From contig JBBTWP010000004.1 of assembly GCA_038062675.1 (NCBI GenBank), positions 6,751 through 70,750 on the forward strand: a stretch of 64,000 nucleotides of DNA, in the 5' to 3' direction. Position 1 is the first letter of the stretch; each line of letters begins with the position of its first letter. The notes below the pieces were generated by a model. The model ran no database searches, was not told where the DNA came from, and saw nothing but the letters and a program-made list of their open reading frames with translations. Of the stretch, positions 57,750 through 64,000 are shown in pieces. The DNA is from Patescibacteria group bacterium (lineage in GTDB: Bacteria > Patescibacteriota > Minisyncoccia > Phycocordibacterales > UBA1550). The translations under genes were made by a program, and so were the position numbers.

Positions 57750-58313
57750 CTAAATCATTCCTTTGAGTGCCATCTTGACTCCCGCAAATCGTGTAAACCA
57801 AAATGCTCCGCGAGGGAATGCCCATTTTGACTGCGTCCATGCTTGAGAAGAGTGTCGATTGTAGGGAATAGAACGTACACTAACGGGTACTAGAAGCGCA
57901 AAACCAAATTCTTTTGCAATGAGTGCGCACAACCACAAATAGTCAGCGTGTGCAATACATACGATAGTTTTCCATTTAGGGTGTTCCTTGCGAAGTCTTG
58001 CAAAGAATCCGTACACTGAAAGAGAATCGCATCCCGGAAGCACGAAATCACAATGAATGTTACGAATCAAATTTTGCAGTTCCTTCTGGACTACAAGCGG
58101 AAGACTTCGATTGCTAAGGTGCAGATCTTCTATAATGTGCGCAATGGAAAGATTGCTTTCTCCGGGAAGCTGAGGCTTCTCGATTATAAAAGCTACCCCA
58201 ACAATAGCGTCAACTACCCCATCAAAAGTATTTTTGTTTGACCACGTTATTCCTTTTCTGCAATAAGGGCACAAGATTGCTTTGCACAAACGTCGTATGA
58301 ACGGTTTGGACAT
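57750..58313 (-). CDS. Hypothetical protein (187 aa), possibly DUF218/YdcF-like
   Basis: AGAGGGAG Shine-Dalgarno 5 nt upstream of the chosen ATG. CPYC pair. The family call is weak. Confidence 0.4.
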   Translation of the reverse strand: MSKPFIRRLCKAILCPYCRKGITWSNKNTFDGVVDAIVGVAFIIEKPQLPGESNLSIAHIIEDLHLSNRSLPLVVQKELQNLIRNIHCDFVLPGCDSLSVYGFFARLRKEHPKWKTIVCIAHADYLWLCALIAKEFGFALLVPVSVRSIPYNRHSSQAWTQSKWAFPRGAFWFTRFAGVKMALKGMI

Positions 58314-58472
58314 AAAATCTCCCTCTTGTTTCTTTGAAATGTACAGCCTGCCTTCAAGCATACTCCTTTTGTTTTGAAAAACAAGTGGGGTTGTCAACAG
58401 GTCTCAAATCCAAGCTGTCTTATGCGTTTGTTTGTTGTGAAATGTATGGGGAGTTGGTAATATGAAGCTATT

Positions 58473-58709
58473 ATGAAAAATAGTATGCGCGGGTTTGGTT
58501 ATATCGGGCTCTTGGTCACACTCGCTCTTGTGGCTGTAATGATGAGCGTTGGCTACTCGTCGCTTCTTTCAAGTAAGAACACTACGGCAGGAGATGCGAC
58601 GACGCAGGAGAGAGGAATAGGCGCAATCCATGAAGCGAATGAAGCCAAGCGATTGCTCGAAGAACAAAGTTCGGCGCAACTCAAAATACAACAACAATTA
58701 CTTAAATAG
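58473..58709 (+). CDS. Hypothetical small membrane protein (78 aa)
   Basis: N-terminal hydrophobic helix RGFGYIGLLVTLALVAVMM. Pilin-like but lacks Glu at +5. Confidence 0.3.
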   Translation: MKNSMRGFGYIGLLVTLALVAVMMSVGYSSLLSSKNTTAGDATTQERGIGAIHEANEAKRLLEEQSSAQLKIQQQLLK

Positions 58710-58768
58710 TTTGAATTACGAATCAACGAGTCTCATAATTCTGGCAATAATTTTGATAAGATTTATTT

Positions 58769-60439
58769 TTAATAAACACGGTCTATGTGTTCTTTGATGT
58801 ACGTCATGTCATTGCCAAATACTTTTTTGCCGGGGTTGAAAATGTTTTGTGCATCAAAAATATTCTTAGTTTCCTCGAAAAGCCGATAGATGGTGTCGCC
58901 ATACATTTGACGGAGGAACGGGGTTCGAATGAGGCCGTCGTTGTGTTCTGCTGACATAGAACCTTTGAATTCAAACGTGAGGTCAAAAACTTTTTCGCCA
59001 AGCTCAAGGATGATGTCGCGCTCGCGTGCATTGCGGAGATCCATGAGAGGAATGATGTGCATGTTGCCGTCACCAATGTGCCCTGCGATTGTGTAAGTGA
59101 GATTGTATTCGTTCATGAGTTTAGTGAGGCGCGGTAAAAATTCTGGCAGATACTCAGGTGATACGATGATGTCATCGATAAACGGCGCAGTGCGTTTTTT
59201 TCCACCGTGGTGGCGGAGGAGGTTGAAACTTTCGTGGCGAATGGTCCAGAATTTTTCAGCATCTTCTTTCGAGGTGGTGATTTTTGATTTTACGGCAAAT
59301 TCCTCAATATCCTTTTGTGCGCGGATTGCTTGCTCGGTAGCCTCAACCTCGGTGGTGCCGACAAATTCTGCGAGGAGTACCAATTTTGGAACCCCACCGC
59401 GAAGAATCATCATAACTTCAGGAAGGAAGCGGAAGGCGAGGGTGGCAAGTCCGCGTGCTTTGAGAGATTTTGCAATATCGGGAAAAAACCGAACAGCGAA
59501 TTTGAAGGTGTTGTCGTCGTAGGATTCAAATGTCTCGGGTTTGTGAATGAGGATTTTTTTGACGAGGTTGGGGAGGATTGCTAAGTCCTTAATAAAAACG
59601 ACAAGGAGTTTTGACGCCGGTCGTGGCTCCACAAGCCCGAAGGTGATTTCCGTAGTGATCCCCAAGGTACCCTCAGATCCGGTAAAAAGTTTTGTGAGGT
59701 CAAAGGTGGTGCGATCCCAGACATTCCAAAGGGCGTATCCAGTAGAATTTTTTGAGACACGAGGTTTCGCCTGCGCAATCACGTCATAGTTTGCCTCAAT
59801 GAGATTGTAAACTCTGCGATACACTTCACCTTCAAAGGTTTGCATGGTCATTTTTTGGTCGAGTTCGGTTTTTGAGAGGGGACCAAAAGAATATTCGTTG
59901 CCATCAGCAAGAACAACTTTTAAATTTTGCACATAGCGCTCGGTACTCCCGTAGTTAAGAGTTTTTTCCCCGCCTGCGTTGGTTCCGACCATTCCACCCA
60001 CCGAACAAATACTTTTTGATGCTGGGTATGCGGGCATAATGCGATTCTTTGCAAGAGTTGCTTGTTCGAGGTCGCGGAAAAAAACTCCCGGTTCAACAAT
60101 TGCATGCTCAGCTGTTACTTCTTTGATGGCGTTGAGGTTGCCCATTTCGAGCACAATAGACTCCGTAAGGGCACCACCTGCCATGCCTGTGCCTGCTGCG
60201 CGTGCTGTCAGTGAAATACTTGGGTCATCTTTCTTGTGCTCACTTACAAATCGCACAATCGCTTTAATATCGTCAGTATTTTGCGGGCGAGCAACAAGGC
60301 GCGGCATGAGCTCAAAAATACTTGCGTCATTTGCGCGTGCAACTAGGTCCGCTTGTGTATCTAGGAGTTCTCCTTTGAATGTTGATTCGAGTGATTGTTT
60401 GAGATTCATAATTGTTTTTAAGTTAAAAGATTGGTTCAT
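58769..60439 (-). CDS. FAD-linked oxidase (GlcD / D-lactate dehydrogenase family)
   Basis: FAD_binding_4 region ARAAGTGMAGGAL...VGGMVGTNAGG plus a C-terminal FAD-oxidase domain. AAGGGG Shine-Dalgarno. Confidence 0.85.
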   Translation of the reverse strand: MNQSFNLKTIMNLKQSLESTFKGELLDTQADLVARANDASIFELMPRLVARPQNTDDIKAIVRFVSEHKKDDPSISLTARAAGTGMAGGALTESIVLEMGNLNAIKEVTAEHAIVEPGVFFRDLEQATLAKNRIMPAYPASKSICSVGGMVGTNAGGEKTLNYGSTERYVQNLKVVLADGNEYSFGPLSKTELDQKMTMQTFEGEVYRRVYNLIEANYDVIAQAKPRVSKNSTGYALWNVWDRTTFDLTKLFTGSEGTLGITTEITFGLVEPRPASKLLVVFIKDLAILPNLVKKILIHKPETFESYDDNTFKFAVRFFPDIAKSLKARGLATLAFRFLPEVMMILRGGVPKLVLLAEFVGTTEVEATEQAIRAQKDIEEFAVKSKITTSKEDAEKFWTIRHESFNLLRHHGGKKRTAPFIDDIIVSPEYLPEFLPRLTKLMNEYNLTYTIAGHIGDGNMHIIPLMDLRNARERDIILELGEKVFDLTFEFKGSMSAEHNDGLIRTPFLRQMYGDTIYRLFEETKNIFDAQNIFNPGKKVFGNDMTYIKEHIDRVY

Positions 60440-61478
60440 GTTTGCCCCTTTTGAATAGCCTGCCCTCGAGTGTCATATTGTCATAACCATGCGCGAAAGT
60501 GGCAAGGGCACCGCCCACCAAGATGAGATGTGGCCACGCAGCCTCAGGGAAATAAAGGTACGAGAGGAAAAGAAAGATAGCAAAAAAGATTGCTGAAAAA
60601 CGAAGATGTATACCAAGTACAAAGAATAACCCAAAAAGCATCTCAAGAATACCAGCACCCAAGACTATAAATTCTGGACTGAAAGGGAAATAGTCAGTGA
60701 GCCTATAGTCAAGTACAACCTGAAGAGCTACGTTGCTATGAAGGAATTTCCCGTAAAACGCCGCGTACATGATGCTAAAGCCAAGACCAAGACGGATAAT
60801 GAGAAGGGCGTAGTCGGAAAAAATGAGTGAAAGTGATCGACGGAATTTTTGTAATTTTGAATCGCTGTTTTTGTCGTGCAGGACGATGTTTTGAAACGCA
60901 GGTTTTCCTGCCCCCACAAGCAAGAGCGCGAGTAATATGCCTAAATAATCGACGTAAGTTAAAAGATAAATCCCGTACTTCCCAACCGCCACCGCAAAAA
61001 TACCGAGACCGATAACGGCAGCTGTGCGTACAAAAATACCAAGTGTGATGGTGATACCGATAATGATGAGGAGCCAAGAGGTGAGCGTAGTGTAGGTTCC
61101 AAAGATTGTGACAAGACTCATCTCGGGCCCAAAAAGGGTCTGATAGAGACCTGAAAATATTAAACAAACTCCAACGGCTCCGCGCGCAATAACAAACGCA
61201 TACGGTTTAAGCTTGAACAGGAACGGATTGAATTTGTCCTGCATTCGATGCGAAAGTGAAAAGAAAAGCAATAAGATAAGAAGTAGGAATACTGCAGTTG
61301 CCCAAAAGATGAATTGTCCGATATTTGCGCTAATGATATCGAGTGGGTTTGTTGGTGGATGGGTAAGAAGTTCGGAAACTATACTGCTTTCAAGTACGTA
61401 CATTTCATGTGCTGTGGCAATTGTAGGGAAGAGCATCGCAAAGACTGCAAGGGTTGCGCTAGAAATCTTCTTTATCAT
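60423..61478 (-). CDS. Hypothetical polytopic membrane protein (DoxX-like?)
   Basis: Signal peptide ...ATA|HE and eight or so TM helices. Its stop overlaps the oxidase start. Confidence 0.5.
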   Translation of the reverse strand: MIKKISSATLAVFAMLFPTIATAHEMYVLESSIVSELLTHPPTNPLDIISANIGQFIFWATAVFLLLILLLFFSLSHRMQDKFNPFLFKLKPYAFVIARGAVGVCLIFSGLYQTLFGPEMSLVTIFGTYTTLTSWLLIIIGITITLGIFVRTAAVIGLGIFAVAVGKYGIYLLTYVDYLGILLALLLVGAGKPAFQNIVLHDKNSDSKLQKFRRSLSLIFSDYALLIIRLGLGFSIMYAAFYGKFLHSNVALQVVLDYRLTDYFPFSPEFIVLGAGILEMLFGLFFVLGIHLRFSAIFFAIFLFLSYLYFPEAAWPHLILVGGALATFAHGYDNMTLEGRLFKRGKHEPIF

Positions 61479-61563
61479 AGTGCTCTTATTATACTAAGTT
61501 CCTAAACAAAAGTGAAACACAATAAAAAGGGGTGCCTCGCTGAGTTTCTTCTTTGTTTTTTGT

Positions 61564-61989
61564 CTAGTATTCTTCTTGTATTGTACTTCCGTCCTTATTG
61601 GTGCGATAAGTGAATGTTTCTCCACGAACCTGCGCGGTAATAAGGTATCCCGGAGTGAGCACTTGTGCACAGAGGACTTCTTTTGAAAGAAATCCGAGAC
61701 ATGAATCGGGCCAAGTCTTTTCATCCACTTGTAGGGCTATAACTTCACCTTCGGGCACGCCAAGTCTGCGAGCGAGCGTCTTTTTTACTGCTGTAACGGC
61801 GGCTGGGACAGGAAGGTTGTGGATGCTTCCTGGTGGTGCATTGTCTGCTGAAGTGGGTGCGTTGGTTGTAGGGGTCTCTTTTATGATTACGGTGTCGCTC
61901 GTAGTTTTATCGTTCATTACGAAATACCAAAAGCCAGCGCCAGCGAGAAGGAGGACGACAAGAATGCTGAATATTATTGATTTGTTCAT
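61564..61989 (-). CDS. Hypothetical membrane-anchored or secreted protein (141 aa)
   Basis: N-terminal TM helix, Thr/Pro-rich linker and small globular domain. Confidence 0.45.
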   Translation of the reverse strand: MNKSIIFSILVVLLLAGAGFWYFVMNDKTTSDTVIIKETPTTNAPTSADNAPPGSIHNLPVPAAVTAVKKTLARRLGVPEGEVIALQVDEKTWPDSCLGFLSKEVLCAQVLTPGYLITAQVRGETFTYRTNKDGSTIQEEY

Positions 61990-62061
61990 ATGTAGTATAT
62001 TGTTTACTCTAGTAATAACTACTTACATTTTACCATATTTTAAAATATTTGCCGAGAAAGA

Positions 62062-62095
62062 AAAAACCGCCCGAATCTTTCGGGCGGTTTTTTTG
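62062..62095 (-). terminator. Rho-independent terminator for the M14 peptidase pair
   Basis: AACCGCCCGAA-TCTT-TCGGGCGGTT with flanking A- and T-runs. Confidence 0.75.
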
Positions 62096-62140
62096 TGGAT
62101 GCTTGCTCAATTTCCAAGCACTACATTTCCATAATTTTGG

Positions 62141-63055
62141 TTAGTTATTAAGCCCACTATTTGAGTTTGCGACCTCAAGCCGGCTGTAGTAGTTGAAGAT
62201 CGCTTTGATGCCTGCCAGATTACGTTCCCACTCGACGGTTTCGTGAGTGCTAAGTTCTACGGTAATCGCTGGTATGTTGATTGAGGCGAGCCACCCCTCG
62301 GCATCTCCGGAAGTTTCGTATGCAGTGAATGATTTTATTGCGTTGTATTTTGACGCTTTTGCGTATGCATTCATGAGGTCAAGTGTTTTTGGAAGAATGC
62401 CAGCCTGACACTCTGATGCATAAACAGCATTTGCTTTGCTGTGCCAAAAGATAGCACTGTCGGGATTGTGTGCGATGACGAAGTCGCGAATGGCAACTGC
62501 CTCCGGCTCTGAAAATGCTTTTGTCCCGGCGCTTACAACCTTACTCTTCCACATGCTTTTTGGTTTCCATTTGCAGTCAAAATTGCGATTGAGGTCCACA
62601 CTGTGCGCATTGAATCGTCCTGACTCGACAAGTTTAGTGCTGTCGGAAACATCTCCAGCTGTAAAGCGACCTTCTTTCCTTACTACTCGAAAAAGTCCGT
62701 CGGGGTTGGCTGAAGGAATAATCGAAATCGTGAGGTTTTTTGGAATAAAGTCAGGATTTGCTTTTACGTAGTCTATGAATTGATACGCCAGAAGAACACT
62801 GTTCCATTCATAACCACCGTGGACACCACCCACAAAGAGGAGACGAGTCTCACCTGTTCCGTAAGTGTATGCTTCTATTGCACGACCCTCTACTGAGGTG
62901 CCGACGATTTCTTTTTCGGCCTGAATGGGCTTTGCGACTATTGGAATCGGCGCGTGTGTCGCTTTGTATTTCTGCATGAGGATAAAGATTCCAAAAGAAA
63001 AGAGTGCAATTACGCTGAGAGCAACGAAGACATTTTTTTTAAAGAAGGCCGGCAT
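62141..63055 (-). CDS. M14-family zinc carboxypeptidase-like protein
   Basis: N-terminal TM helix. GGVHGGYEWNS (H-x-x-E zinc motif) and NPDGL. Confidence 0.7.
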   Translation of the reverse strand: MPAFFKKNVFVALSVIALFSFGIFILMQKYKATHAPIPIVAKPIQAEKEIVGTSVEGRAIEAYTYGTGETRLLFVGGVHGGYEWNSVLLAYQFIDYVKANPDFIPKNLTISIIPSANPDGLFRVVRKEGRFTAGDVSDSTKLVESGRFNAHSVDLNRNFDCKWKPKSMWKSKVVSAGTKAFSEPEAVAIRDFVIAHNPDSAIFWHSKANAVYASECQAGILPKTLDLMNAYAKASKYNAIKSFTAYETSGDAEGWLASINIPAITVELSTHETVEWERNLAGIKAIFNYYSRLEVANSNSGLNN

Positions 63056-63939
63056 TATTGGCGGAGCATGTTCAAAACTGCATCAATACCCGCTTTGTTT
63101 TTTGTCCACTCAGTGTCTGTGTGTGTAGTGAGAAGTACGCTAATCGCAGGAATTTCTTTCTTTGCAAGCCAGTTTGTCATATCTCCCGCTGTCTCGTAGA
63201 AGTCGAAACTGTCGTATGCTTTGTATCCCGAGGCGGTTGCATAAGTGCTGGTCAAGAGTTTTGTTTCAGAAGAGATGCTCTTGTCGCAACTTGAAGAAAA
63301 CACACCCCCCGCGGAGCTGTACCACACAACAACCGCAGCAGGATTGTTTGCCTCGATATAGTTTTTAAACGCTTGGCTCTCTGGTTCAGAGAAAGCGCTT
63401 GTTCCACCACTAACGGTTTTTTCCATCCAGACTCCTTTTGGTTTCCAGTCACAATCAAAGTTGCGATTGAGGTCTACATTGTTTGCATTGAAACGACCTA
63501 GAACCACAGTGTCTTTTGAGGAAGATACATCTGCTGGAGTAAAACGTCCCGCTGTCCCTACTGTTTTGTTGAGACCGTCAGGATTCAAAACAGGGATGAC
63601 GGTTACTTTTGCGTCTTTAGGGATGATGGTTGGGTTTGCGGTGAGGTAGTCCATGAGCTCATATGCTACGAGAACCGTGTTCCATTCATAGCCACCATGA
63701 ATACCGCCCACAAACAATAATTCCTTGGTTCCGGTACCAAAATGGTATGCAGTAATGTCACGTTTTTCAACAGAGGTACCGAGGACTGTTTTTGTTTTGT
63801 CCTTAGTTTCTGTTTGGGTGCTTGTTGGTGCACCTTTGTTTTCTGTTTCCGGAGCAACGCTCGGAGAAGGTTTGGTTAAAAAATAAATACCGACAGCGAT
63901 AATAATCACACCTACGATAATAATAATTGTTTTTTTCAT
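63055..63939 (-). CDS. M14-family zinc carboxypeptidase-like protein, tandem paralogue
   Basis: GGIHGGYEWNT and NPDGL. Its stop overlaps the downstream start by 1 nt. Confidence 0.7.
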   Translation of the reverse strand: MKKTIIIIVGVIIIAVGIYFLTKPSPSVAPETENKGAPTSTQTETKDKTKTVLGTSVEKRDITAYHFGTGTKELLFVGGIHGGYEWNTVLVAYELMDYLTANPTIIPKDAKVTVIPVLNPDGLNKTVGTAGRFTPADVSSSKDTVVLGRFNANNVDLNRNFDCDWKPKGVWMEKTVSGGTSAFSEPESQAFKNYIEANNPAAVVVWYSSAGGVFSSSCDKSISSETKLLTSTYATASGYKAYDSFDFYETAGDMTNWLAKKEIPAISVLLTTHTDTEWTKNKAGIDAVLNMLRQ

Positions 63940-64000
63940 ATCTATAGTTTACCACAAATTGTTGCAAATGTGGGGGCGAGGCTGTGGACGGCTGGGGGGT

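Noticed and set aside
58473-58709. Additional pilin
   Set aside because: N-terminal RG|FGYIGLLV resembles a class III signal but lacks the conserved Glu at +5 and is far from the pilus genes. Kept only as a low-confidence hypothetical.

Overview
The gene content suggests a Patescibacteria (CPR)-like bacterium: rimM and rplS are missing from the rpsP-trmD cluster, rpoB is short (1052 aa) and the genes are compact. The annotation is from manual reading of the six-frame ORFs and the raw sequence.

Left to right the window contains:
- the C-terminal end of smc
- a tiny translationally coupled two-gene operon ending in a strong intrinsic terminator
- RNase R (minus strand)
- rpsP, a KH-domain protein and trmD
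- rpoB and rpoC
- dnaG followed by rpoD, which carries a histone-H1-like Lys-rich N-terminal tail
- an Fe-S assembly (SUF) cluster: sufB, sufS, sufU, sufC and a DUF59/SufT-like gene
- a DsbA-like thioredoxin, engB and the znuA/znuC/znuB metal ABC transporter
- a minus-strand pilM-pilN fusion, a PilO-like gene and a LytR_C-domain gene
- a sensor histidine kinase plus two stand-alone receiver proteins
- a large type IV pilus block: two tandem major-pilin paralogues, a membrane protein, pilB and pilC
- then, in order, a pilin-like gene, a NYN nuclease-domain gene, a pseudopilin, a 1499-aa YVTN-beta-propeller repeat surface protein, a second NYN gene and two more pseudopilin-like genes
- a metal-homeostasis island: two P-type ATPases, a PG-binding secreted protein, a Met-rich multicopper oxidase and a CopA-type Cu ATPase
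- an HI0933-family flavoprotein divergent from a bacterial SET-domain protein
- several SD-led hypothetical genes, a GlcD-like FAD oxidase, a polytopic membrane protein and two translationally coupled M14-like peptidase paralogues

Three things the coding features do not explain:
- A family of structured ~95-140-nt elements sits immediately 3' of rpoD, the second receiver gene and pilB. Each has a conserved 27-nt core and outer stems that differ in sequence but keep their pairing.
- A REP-like 37-46-nt hairpin unit occurs as tandem dimers in inverted orientation, bracketing the KH gene and its promoter.
- The giant surface gene carries perfect 135-bp tandem repeats.

No rRNA, tRNA or CRISPR array was recognised.
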